Below are positions 12,430 through 22,517 of a stretch of 64,000 nucleotides of DNA, in pieces. The position numbers were made by a program, and so were the translations under genes. Source of the stretch: a virus. Its lineage: Duplodnaviria; Caudoviricetes. Positions within the stretch are counted from its first letter, which is position 1; each line of letters opens with the position of its first letter. The notes under the pieces were generated by a model. That model had not been told where the DNA came from. It made no database searches and saw only the letters and a list, made by a program, of their open reading frames with translations. Location: the IMG/VR virus record IMGVR_UViG_3300010351_000784, positions 30,475 through 94,474 of that record. The stretch is one strand, 5' to 3'.

Positions 12430-13071
12430 TTAATTAAATTCTAAACATAAAGCTCCATTTGTTAAGAACTTTTTATCATTTAAAGTTATCTGTTTAATAT
12501 TGTTGCTTTCTGTAGTTTGCGTTCTGACTGCAAAACAAACATGAGGAATATATTCTCCTTCAGGACTGCCAAGTAATAATGGAAGAATTTGTGTTAAAGG
12601 AGCCTACTTATTTTCATATTCATAATATGGAGGTACAACATTATCCTCATAAGTCATTGCCGGCGTAGTGGGATATGAAGTATTATAAGCAATCACTGCA
12701 TTTTTGCCTGTTTGGGTTTTTGCAAAAATAATAGCTTTGGTTGACCACATAATAGCAATACTGTAATCTGTTATTATAACTCTGGGGTCAACGGATAATG
12801 ATGATAAATTATTTTCAGATGAAGGTCCTAAAGAATAAAGAATAACTTTGTTTGATGTCGATGACGTTAATGAAGCTGGCACGCTAATCTAACAAACAAC
12901 CCTATCTCCTTTTTTAAAATTCAATTCATTGATTACAGGAGAAGACTCCCTATCTACAGTAAGAACAGTACTATCGAAATAGTCAACATCCAACTCATCA
13001 AGAGTTGCTTTTAATGAACTTAACCAAGTGAACTAATCAGTTTTATCAATTTGTATAATTGTATATGCCAT
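12430..13071 (-). CDS. Hypothetical tail-region protein (213 aa; TAG=Gln)
   Basis: ATG at 13071 with RBS GGAGG; includes ORF 12604-12882; TAA at 12430. Confidence 0.65.
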
Positions 13072-16000
13072 TATTCTTCAACCTCCTCTGCATTTCCAGT
13101 TTCTCCTTCGGTAGAAATTGTTCCTACTTCCATTTCAGTATTCGCCGCGATAGCTGATGGATTTGTTATAAAATCCTTCAAAGCTTTAAGCTAAGCAAGT
13201 GTAAATGATACCTCTCCCTCTGCTGAAGTGCCACCAAATGTTACAAAAGTTGTATCCCATTTTGTTTCAGCTTTAATTGAAGCACCATTTGTAAGTCTGA
13301 GTTCAGAAGAACCAATCATTTCAAATACTGGGTCGGTACCGTTACTTAATACTTCATTATACATCTATGGGTCTTTAGTAAGGAACTTAACAATAATAGC
13401 TCCACTATCTTCTTGAAGTTCAATTATCTTTGAAATGTTGTCTACTGTATAGCCTAAATCAGTTAACATAGCAGGATAATCCGCGCCATTTAAAAACTGA
13501 GTTATAACATCATAAATACTCTATGCAAAATCATATGTCTCTTGAGGACTCTGAATTACATATACAAGATATGGAATTTGATAAAAAATCTGTGCGGACT
13601 AAAAACCAATATCGTTTATTAAATATATCTCAGTAAGTTTTGGTATTTCTCCATTTCTGCAGAATATTTGTCTTCTAAAGATTTCATAGTCTGGACCCGA
13701 TTCAAATGCTGCAATAAGTGCCGCCTATGAATCATTAGGATTATAAGTCTGTGTACATCTAAACGCAAAACAATATGTATTATCTTCATTATATTGTTTA
13801 TCATTTCTTAAGCAAATATTTGCTTTATCATAAAGCTGAAGTACCGGTCCATCTTGTGCATCTCTTTCTGACTGAATTGGTAATCTCCAGTCTGCACCAA
13901 TATGAGTGCCATTACTATATCTATATGCGCTAACTGTTGTTGAATATTTTAAGTTTGGATTTGGACCATTTTCAACAACTTTTGCATTAGTTGTTGTTTT
14001 AGGAGTAATATAAATTTTATTCTTATCTTCGGTAGAAAGATTATCATAAGGTGTATCAATTGCGTATTGAGTGTTAGAGGTAAATGATACTCTTACATTT
14101 TTCATATAGCCATAGAAATGATAGGTATATCTCTTATTAGTTCCAGAACCACTTTCAGTTCTTTGATTACAAGCATATGAACTATAAAATTCTGCATTAG
14201 GACCAAAATTATATGCCATTTGAGCTTTTACATAAGGGTCATTCAAAATTGCCGCGGTTTGTGAGGTAGTGTATTCGGTATATGAATAAAAGCTATATCT
14301 ATTATTTGGACCGCCATTGCGATAAAGAGTAAATCCTTCAACGACAATTTTATAAAATTCCCTTTTGGGTGTTGATGCTACAATTCCACCATCATAATAA
14401 TTACGTCCAACACTTGAGAACTGGTTTGTCTCAGAAACTTTATCAATTAGTTCAGTCTTATCTGCTGGAGCAAAATCATCAACAGTTAAACCTGTGTAAT
14501 CTACATTAGTTTCAAATGTAATAGCCTCTTCTTGAGTAGCAATACTTATAGTAGGTTGTAAATATGTCCATCTCTCTTCCTAAGGTGCTGCAGAAATAAG
14601 TGTAATACTTTCTACATTATTAACTGTATCATTGTTAATATCAAGATAAGGGCTTACAGTTTTCTGAATAAAAACATTATTTCTTTCTGTTGCGCCAATA
14701 ATTATAATATCTTTAAATTGAGCAAGCGTCATAGTCCCATTTGCTTCAATATTGTCAATAATATCGAGAATTTCAGTATTGTTACTATTTGAAAGAGTAA
14801 TTAACATCTTCATCACAAATTGTGTAACAGTTTCGTTATCATTGTATTCACCAGTTAAATTGATTTCGTATCTCTTTCTATTAGAAGATATAGATATTGG
14901 CTGTCTATGTGTTTTACCTCTTAAGATAATAGTTGTATCATCAAGTGCTTCAAAGTGGTCTTTACCCTCCATCTGTACAAAGCCATCTTTACTTTCAATA
15001 ATAGCTTCAAAAGACTTCCACTGACATACGATATCAGTATATGTTGGAGTAAAACCAATACCACAATGACTCTCTGGAGCAAAGTTTAATGAGCATACAT
15101 TATGAGGAGTAAATAAAGCGGTTACATTAGCACCACTATTTGGGCAAATTTTATAGTAAATATTAGAACTGCCGGAGTCTCCCATGTCAAGTACAACCTT
15201 AGAATTTGTACCATATCCAATTTTAACATCTACATCTGAGCCGGGACTGTCCGTCCAGTCAATACTTAAGCAACCTCGTGTTGCAACTTTGGCATTAAGT
15301 ACGCCTGAATCACCAAATACTACACAAGTTCTTCCTTGTGCACCTAAAGTTGGCTACTTATATTTATTATTGAAGCTACTTATATTGCCACCGTCATATC
15401 CGCCATTATAAACTTTACTTCTTACAAACTTAGCTGCTAATGGAGACGCTGAAGAGTAAAGGCTCATAATTCTATTCTTAGGTCCGCCATTATTTATAAG
15501 TATATTAGCAATGTTTCCTGCAGGCTCATCAGAATTATTATGTTTAACCTATGTAGTCATAAAGACTTGTCCATCATTTCCATCATCAGCAGATAAATAT
15601 AAGTAAGGTACATATCCCTCTGAACTACCTGTAGACATTTTTACATTTGCGCCGTGTTCGATAAGGATTCTTGTATCTCCAAACTATGAAGGTGACCAAG
15701 AAGTACTTCCTCCAATACCGTTAATTTTTACAGAAGCATTACCTGAAATCTCTACTCCTGCACCGTCTGCCATTTTAATAAGAGACGCGCCCTCCATATA
15801 AATTGTACTGCTATTTGCCATATGAAGATAAGGGAATGGAGGGTCATCACTTAATTTATGACCAAAAGGTCCGGTTAAATCACCATAAATTGTTGATGCC
15901 AACCAAGACATTGGTGGGTTAGAAGAGGCATAATATCCCTATCTCATACTTCTTGTAATATTTGCCTATGCACCATATCCAAATTTATCTATTTCAATAA

Positions 16001-16520
16001 TTCCGCCGCCATTCATTGAGAATATTGGACCACGTATTGTCTATTCAGTTTCATCATTTATCATACTGAAATAAGAGTTTCCGCCCATAAAGAAATCAAG
16101 ACTCTTAATTGGAGTATCCCAATAAGTAGAGTTTCCGACTTCTGCAGTGCTCTTTATTTCAAAATCTGGAAGTGGTGTTTGTAAGATAGATTTTCTTGTG
16201 TCAGCTTTACTATATATCTGTCCTATATTGCCTTTTGCCCAATTTTCTCCATCACCAACAAGAACCTAATCTTCTTCGGCATCAATATCGCCGCCGCCGC
16301 CGCCGCCGCCTGCTTCACCAAGCTTGAAATGGTCTCTTGACTCTTTTGTGCCCGGCTCTGCATCGGGGTCAGCAGGGACTCTGATTACTGCAATCTTCTC
16401 TTCTTCTCCAATAGGAGGTCCTTCAACAAGAACATCACTTAAATCAGAAAGGACATTATCAATTATTTGCGCACTGGCATTTTCACCTTCTACTTGCCAG
16501 TAGTGTCCGTTTTCTGCCAT
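13071..16520 (-). CDS. Large tail fibre/spike-like protein (~1149 aa; TAG=Gln)
   Basis: Fragments 16266-16523, 15684-15911, 14580-15185 and 13725-14246 are co-frame. Poly-Gly linker, beta-rich composition. Confidence 0.7.
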
Positions 16521-16786
16521 CAATCTCCCTCCTTTACATCTATAAATTTATTATCATAACTACAAATAAATTTGCCATCATAGCTCATTAAATTTGGAGC
16601 TTTAATCTTAACCTCTTTATCTGCTTCAGCATCTATATCAATGCTCTTTCCTTCAATCTGAATTGTCATATTGGTAGTAGCATGGATATTATCTTTAGCA
16701 AGAAAGTTATATTTAAGTCTTGTATCAGAGGTTATTATTTCTTCAATCTCCTAATCAACGTCAGGAATAAAATTATTCCATCCCAT
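16520..16786 (-). CDS. Hypothetical protein (88 aa; TAG=Gln)
   Basis: MGWNNFIPDVDQEIEE...; RBS GAGGTGA; TGA overlaps the next ATG. Confidence 0.6.
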
Positions 16787-16800
16787 TTTCTTTCACCTCT

Positions 16801-16829
16801 ATTATATCACATTGGATAATAAAAGTCAA
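16801..16829 (-). promoter_or_regulatory. SigA-type promoter
   Basis: TTGACT-17 nt-TATAAT with extended TG. Confidence 0.7.
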
Positions 16830-16971
16830 GCCGCCGAGTTAGACTCAGCGACATATACTAAAATAAATTAAATTAATTATTAAATAATATCAATAAATAT
16901 AATAACTTATTACAACCTCACTATTACACTAAGTATAAACTATTTATGTAGTTATTACGATGTTAAAATAT

Positions 16972-17100
16972 TTAATTCTTTTCTAATATTAATTCAACTT
17001 CTTCATGAGTTAGCCATTTGCCTTCTGCCTTTTTTACCCATTCCTCAGACCAAACTCCTTCTTTATAATACTTCTTAATTTTTTCAAACATTTTACTCAT
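16972..17100 (-). CDS. XkdX-like small protein (42 aa)
   Basis: MSKMFEKIKKYYKEGVWSEEWVKKAEGKWLTHEEVELIL fits the XkdX pattern (IK.YY..G.W...V...V...LT.EE...I). Confidence 0.75.
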   Translation of the reverse strand: MSKMFEKIKKYYKEGVWSEEWVKKAEGKWLTHEEVELILEKN

Positions 17101-17434
17101 TATCAATTCCTCCTATAAGGTCTTCACCATTAATCATCAAAAGATAATCAATAGTCGCATTTACCTTTTCAAGTGCGATTCTATATTCTCCACTTTTATC
17201 AATATTTTTAGTATAATCAGAAACAATATACCAAGTGTAATGTCTACCAATACTATCCATATCTTCTTTGATTAATCTTTCAATTTTACAAGACTCAGTA
17301 ACTTCTATATATTCATCCTTTAAAGTAAAAGTCTAATAATGACCAATAGGATACTTTGTTTTATCACCAATAGTAGAGAGAATAATAACATCATTACCCT
17401 CAAATTCTCCTCTTTTAAAACTATATTCTAACAT
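17093..17434 (-). CDS. Tail-fibre-associated (XkdW-like) protein (113 aa; TAG=Gln)
   Basis: MLEYSF...ATIDYLLMING; RBS GGAGG; lies upstream of the XkdX-like gene. Confidence 0.6.
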
Positions 17435-17579
17435 TTAATCGCCTCCTGTTATTGCTTACGATTTGCTTCATCATTCCATTTATCCAACTTGGAATATATC
17501 TTTTCGAAATAGAACGATGATTACACCATTTTAACTATCCTATTCGAGCAATTAATCCTGCCGCAAGCCAATGTACTAT
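17415..17579 (-). pseudogene. C-terminal remnant of a DGR reverse transcriptase
   Basis: Start-less frame IVHWLAAGLIARIG(TAG=Q)LKWCNHRSISKRYIPSWINGMMKQIVS resembles the Firmicutes DGR RT thumb motif (AAGLLSRLGQLKHCNS...Y); recognised from memory. Confidence 0.6.
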
Positions 17580-17585
17580 TTATAT

Positions 17586-17605
17586 TAACGTAAAAAATTA
17601 CGTTA
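17586..17605. promoter_or_regulatory. Hairpin (8-bp stem, 4-nt loop) just downstream of VR/IMH
   Basis: TAACGTAA-AAAA-TTACGTTA, 2 nt after the target gene stop codon. Confidence 0.55.
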
Positions 17606-17607
17606 TT

Positions 17608-19221
17608 TTAATTTGTTGAAGGTATCTTCTATAGTCGGACGCCGATGTTGAGGCCCTGGCCGACAGCCCTGAGGCTCCCGGACAGTAAGAACAAACCGCG
17701 GTACGGGTACGAGATATAGAGACCACCAACGCACAACACAACACCATTAACATTGAAGTGGCAGCTATCAGGTATTTGATTTTGACTACTTGCTGTATCA
17801 CCATTTCCAGGATACAACACCCAATCAAATCCACTAACATTTGACTAATCAAATTCCTAAATATAATTTGATACATTAGCTCTTCGTCCAACTAATACTG
17901 CACCTGACGCACTATAACTATCTGAATAATTCTCAAAATCTTCAAAACAATAGATACCTTCTCCAGTATTATTATTTTCATCAGGTCCAAAGGTAATTCC
18001 ATCGCACCAGTCACAAACATTACCCCAGGGGTCTTCAATATATCTATATTGAACACCAACCCCATAAGTTGTTTTTGAAGCCTACATAGTTCCAGTATGA
18101 TATGGCATAGTATCTGTAGAGCCAGTATTTTCTTTTGACTTATCATTACCACAGTTATAGCCAATCATTGACTATGTATCCCAGTTGGCAAATTCAACAA
18201 GATATAACATCCAAATTGTTATCCAAAGACTAAAATCAAGCTGATAATATCCGCTTCCTATTGCTGCCTAATTAGTTCTCGCTGTTGCTCTGGTAATACT
18301 CGCAATTGGAATTACACCACTTGTTGATTTATAGTTGCTATTAGAATGATAACGTCCAATGTAAACATAGTCTTGCTCGGGATATGAACCTCTTGCTCTA
18401 TGTGCAGGACTTACATTAAAGCCAGTTTTTGGAGCATCGGCAATCTAAATTGAGAATTTTGAATTTGTTTTTTCAATTTTATACCAGAATTTTGGAATTT
18501 TAACAACTTCATTCCCATCAACTGTTTCTCTTACCATTCCATTCCAAGGATAAAGATTATCAAATGGTGAGCCACAATCTTCAGCACTCATACCATTATT
18601 TACATATGGTACTGGATTAGTAAACTCCGCCGCGGCATCTGTTCTTGATAAAGTTTTGCCAGTTAGCCCCCATTCAACACCATAAACAACAACAAAAGTT
18701 AATTCAACATCATAAATTTTAGATGTTGTAAAGTTAATTATTTTACTAATGACTTTTCCATTTAAAGAAGCAGAGAAAGTCCATTCGCCACATGAAGGAA
18801 TTAACATCTTAAGGTGAGTCTATTCCATTGTGGCAGTAAGAATTATTGTTCCATTTGTTGCAGTTATTATTGCGCCACTATCCGCGATAATGTTTGCACT
18901 TGGATAAGTAATTGCTGCAAGTTCATCAATCGCTGCCTAAATATTAGTTGCTTCAAGATAAGAAATCTCAGATGCAGTAGTTGGAATTGTAGGTTTGTTT
19001 TTAATATAATCATCTTTGGAATTATCTGCCTAATTCCAATCAGATTGAATATTAACCATGTCAATGAGAGCATTTTCAACATCAGAAAAACTATCAAGCG
19101 TTTCTCCATCTTTGATAGCAGCAATCTCAGCTCTTGCAACTCTATCTTCTGATGCGCCTGCGCCTGCGCCTCCACCTCCACCTCCACCTATGAAAGGATT
19201 AAACATATTCATCATTCCCAT
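17608..19221 (-). CDS. DGR target protein copy 2 (tail fibre / receptor-binding protein with C-terminal CLec/FGE-like fold; 537 aa; TAG=Gln)
   Basis: Co-frame fragments; YRYIEDPWGNVCDWCDG and C-terminal GG....GLF.......IGVRLQKIP. Confidence 0.85.
17647..17763 (-). repeat. DGR variable repeat VR-a
   Basis: GC-rich 117-nt segment. It differs from VR-b at 37 nt, 36 of them at codon positions 1-2, and is followed by an identical 3' (IMH-like) tract. Confidence 0.85.
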
Positions 19222-19237
19222 TATATCACCTCTCAAA

Positions 19238-19279
19238 TTATGTAATAAAAGGTTCCCAGAGATATCCAATTCTTTTCAA
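19238..19279 (-). pseudogene. N-terminal remnant of a DGR reverse transcriptase
   Basis: TTG-start (M)KRIGYLWEPFIT right after the target gene stop; resembles the MKR.G.L(Y/W)E.I N-termini of DGR RTs; cut at the junction with copy 2. Confidence 0.55.
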
Positions 19280-19292
19280 TTTCTTCACTTCC

Positions 19293-20912
19293 TTAATTTG
19301 TTGAAGGTATCTTCTATAGTCGGACGCCGATGGCGTCGTTCTGGTAGGGAGCCGTGTAGTGCCCGCCCAGGCAGAACAAACCGTAGCTCGCGTACTGGCC
19401 ATAGCAACCACCAATGTACAACACAACACCATCAGCATTGAAGATGCTGCTATCAGGTACTTGATTTTGACTACTTGTTGTATCACCATTTCCAGGATAC
19501 AACACCCAATCAAATCCACTAACATTTGACTAATCAAAATCCTAAATATTATTTGATACATTAGCTCTTCGTCCAACTAATACTGCACCTGACGCACTAT
19601 AACTCTCTGAATAATTCTCAAAATCTTCAAAACAATAGATACCTTCTCCAGTATTATTATTTTCATCAGGTCCAAAGGTAATTCCATCGCACCAGTCACA
19701 AACATTACCCCAGGGGTCTTCAATATATCTATATTGAACACCAACCCTATAAGTTGTTTTTGAAGCCTACATAGTTCCAGTATGATATGGCATAGTATCT
19801 GTAGAGCCAGTTTTTTCCTTTGAAATGTTATTACCACAGTTATAGCCAATCATTGACTATGTATCCCAGTTGGCAAATTCAACAAGATATAACATCCAAA
19901 TTGTTATCCAAAGACTAAAATCGAGTTGATGATATCCGCTTCCTATGGCCGCCTAATTAGTTCTCGCTGTTGCTATGGTAATATTTGTAATCGGAACTAC
20001 ACCACTTGTTGATTTATAGTTGCTATTAGAATGATAACGTCCAATGTAAACATAGTCTTGCTCAGGATATGAGCCTCTTGCTCTGTGTGCAGGACTTATA
20101 TTAAAACCAGTCCTTGGAGCATCGGCAATCTGAATTGAAAGTTTTGAACTTGTTTTTTCAATTTTATACCAGAATTTTGGAATTTTAACAACTTCATTCC
20201 CATCAACTGTTTCTCTCGTCATTCCATTCCAAGGATAAAGATTATCAAATGGTGAACTACAATCTTTAGCACTCATACCATTGTTTACATATGGTACTGG
20301 ATTAGTAAACTCTGCCGCGGCACCTGTTCTTGATAAAGTTTGGCCAGTTAATCCCCATTCAACACCATAAACATTATCAAAAGTTAATTCAACATCATAA
20401 ATTTTAGATGTTGTAAAGTTAATTATTTTACTAATGACTTTTCCATTTAAAGAAGCAGAGAAAGTCCATTTACCACATGAAGGAATTAACATCTTAAGGG
20501 GAGTCTATTCCATTGTGGCAGTAAGAGTTATTGTTCCATTTGTTGCAGTTATTATTGCGCCACTATCCGCAGTAATGTTTATACTTGGATAAGTAATTGC
20601 TGCAAGTTCATCAATCGCTGCCTAAGTATTAGTTGCTTCAAGATGAGATATGGTATTATCATAAGAAATCTCAGATGCAGTAGTTGGAATTGTAGGTTTG
20701 TTTTTAATATAATCATCTTTGGAATTATCTGCCTAATTCCAATCAGATTGAATATTAACCATGTCAATGAGAGCATTTTCAACATCAGAAAAACTATCAA
20801 GCGTTTCTCCATCTTTGATAGCAGCAATCTCAGCTCTTGCAACTTCATCTTCTGATGCGCCTCCACCTCCACCTCCACCTATGAAAGGATTAAACATATT
20901 CATCATTCCCAT
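19293..20912 (-). CDS. DGR target protein copy 1 (539 aa; TAG=Gln)
   Basis: Near-duplicate of 17608-19221; RBS GAGGTGA; co-frame fragments 20733-20927, 19953-20492 and 19314-19505. Confidence 0.85.
19332..19448 (-). repeat. DGR variable repeat VR-b
   Basis: Counterpart of VR-a; NNC/NNG/NNT codons with fixed third positions. Confidence 0.85.
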
Positions 20913-20923
20913 TATATCACCTC

Positions 20924-21211
20924 TCAAATTATGTAATAGATGTTACCAGTGAAAGCGGTTTCAAATTTGAGACTCCAAATATTCATACCTCTTTCTCCAG
21001 TAAAAGGAGTCACAAAGTGACCTACTGCTGGTATTTCCATTTCTTCATTGGAGTCATTAAGATAAAACTTGGTACTAGCAGTTCCTTCAAATCCCACGAA
21101 TCTGAGAGAAGAACCCATACTAATATTATCGTTTTCCCTTACTGACGCCTTGATTAATGGTACGCAATTTTCCATTGCTCCAGCTGTGCATTTCCACATT
21201 CTGTATTCCAT
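20924..21211 (-). CDS. Hypothetical protein (95 aa)
   Basis: Clean ORF with RBS GGAGG. Confidence 0.7.
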   Translation of the reverse strand: MEYRMWKCTAGAMENCVPLIKASVRENDNISMGSSLRFVGFEGTASTKFYLNDSNEEMEIPAVGHFVTPFTGERGMNIWSLKFETAFTGNIYYII

Positions 21212-21223
21212 ACCATCGCCTCC

Positions 21224-21484
21224 TTAAATAATTTCTTCACCATATTGGTTAAAAATACTCTTGACTCTACTCATTTGTTCAGGATTATCAATTAATATTT
21301 TAATTGTATCTCCCTATAAGAAGCGTCCTGATAATATTCCTATTAAAGATTTACCATTCACTCTTCTGTCATTTGCTCTATATAAAAAAACACTTGAATT
21401 TATTTCTTTTAATGAGAATATTAAATTCGCAGCGTTTCTTTTCGAAAGATTTTGTGTGAGATAATATGTACAATCCATCATCAT
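21224..21484 (-). CDS. HPr/Crh-like protein lacking His15 (~85 aa; TAG=Gln)
   Basis: RVNGKSLIGILSGRFL(TAG=Q)GDTIKI matches the HPr Ser46 signature; NLSKRNAA replaces GIHARPA. Confidence 0.65.
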
Positions 21485-21499
21485 CAACCCCCAATTATT

Positions 21500-21572
21500 A
21501 TAATAGCATGACGCCGCCTAAAAGTCAAGCAATTAACAAAATCTTGACTTTTTGATAATTTTATGATATAAT
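21500..21572. promoter_or_regulatory. Back-to-back SigA promoters at the transcription divergence point
   Basis: Minus strand: TTGACT (21523-28), 17 nt, TG-n-TATTAT. Plus strand: TTGACT (21544-49), 17 nt, TATAAT (21567-72). Confidence 0.75.
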
Positions 21573-21605
21573 AAAAGTATCAAAAAAAAGGAGCGTGAAC
21601 ACACG

Positions 21606-22517
21606 ATGTTAAATATTGAAATGTCTGAGCGTATTAAAAAACTCAGAACAATAAATCATTTTAATTTTATTGGTCCTTTCTTTAATGATAAATAGAAGGA
21701 CACAGATTTTTCTATTGGAAGCGCAATCAGAGAAATAATTATAAGATATGATTATGAAATAAAACATAATTACACATTTGTAATTAAGTATGATAAGGAT
21801 ATTTATTCATCTTTGGCTTATCGCATGATTTACAGCGCGGGTTCTGTTTTACAGAAAACTATTGATATTAAAATTCTTGGTGATATTGACACTCCAGAAG
21901 AGAAAGAAATTTTTAAGGATATCCCAGTAATAGGCTATCGTAAAGCACGAAAGCTGAAGAAGGTTGTCTTCATAACTGGTTATCATCCTATTTATAATGT
22001 AATTAACCTAAGCTCTTACTCTAAGACTTTTATTGAAATCTTCAATCCAATTGAAAGATTTTTGCCTGATTCGCTTACAATGGCACAAGAGTTTTATCTT
22101 AAGCCGGAGAGTCAATTATGGAGTCTTTTTCTTGAAATGAGAGAGGATAATTACCTTGATTCAAATTGGGAGAGCGTAATTAATAAAACAATTCCAATTG
22201 TTGTTTTTAAACTTGAGGGTAATGAGAACGATTTCCCTGTTTTCAATTTCATCTTAAAGTCTTCAAAGGAAGGTAATATTCATATGTATATTGTTGAAAA
22301 TGAAGAAGCAGCAAAATTCATTACCGATAATTTAAGAATTTATGTTGACACTCGTAATGTTCCTTCTGAATTGAATATTATAAATAATGAAGAATATATA
22401 GATATGATAAGTAAATTTACACTTAATTCAAAAATTGAAATTATAAATGAAATTCTTTTCTTTGATAAGAATACATTACCCGAGGAGGAGGATGAAAATG
22501 AAAATCATGGTCGTTAA
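21606..22517 (+). CDS. Hypothetical protein (303 aa; TAG=Gln)
   Basis: ATG at 21606 is co-frame with ORF 21813-22517, with one TAG between. Confidence 0.65.

Noticed and set aside
16289-16310. (CCG)n microsatellite
   Set aside because: Encodes a poly-Gly linker; triplet slippage would not shift the frame, so there is no phase-variation evidence.
16830-16970. Extremely AT-rich intergenic tract as a replication origin
   Set aside because: No iterons seen; adequately explained by a terminator-like hairpin plus promoter region. It cannot be excluded without skew data.
19332-19448. VR-b as the template repeat for VR-a
   Set aside because: Most mismatches are not A in either copy, so neither copy is a TR.
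17598-19849. Alternative-frame duplicated ORFs (MDEELMYQ..., MAITVV..., MEVEVEA...)
   Set aside because: Off-frame readings of the duplicated target genes; only the last 13 codons of 19238-19576 are considered meaningful (RT remnant).
704-21464. Plus-strand ORFs in the left arm (and minus-strand ORFs in the right arm such as 40098-40811 and 43093-43740)
   Set aside because: Antisense shadows of real genes with no RBS or recognisable motifs.
1-21500. Many short minus-strand ORFs that look like pseudogenes or frameshifts
   Set aside because: They are co-frame and separated by TAG, so they are intact genes under code 15.
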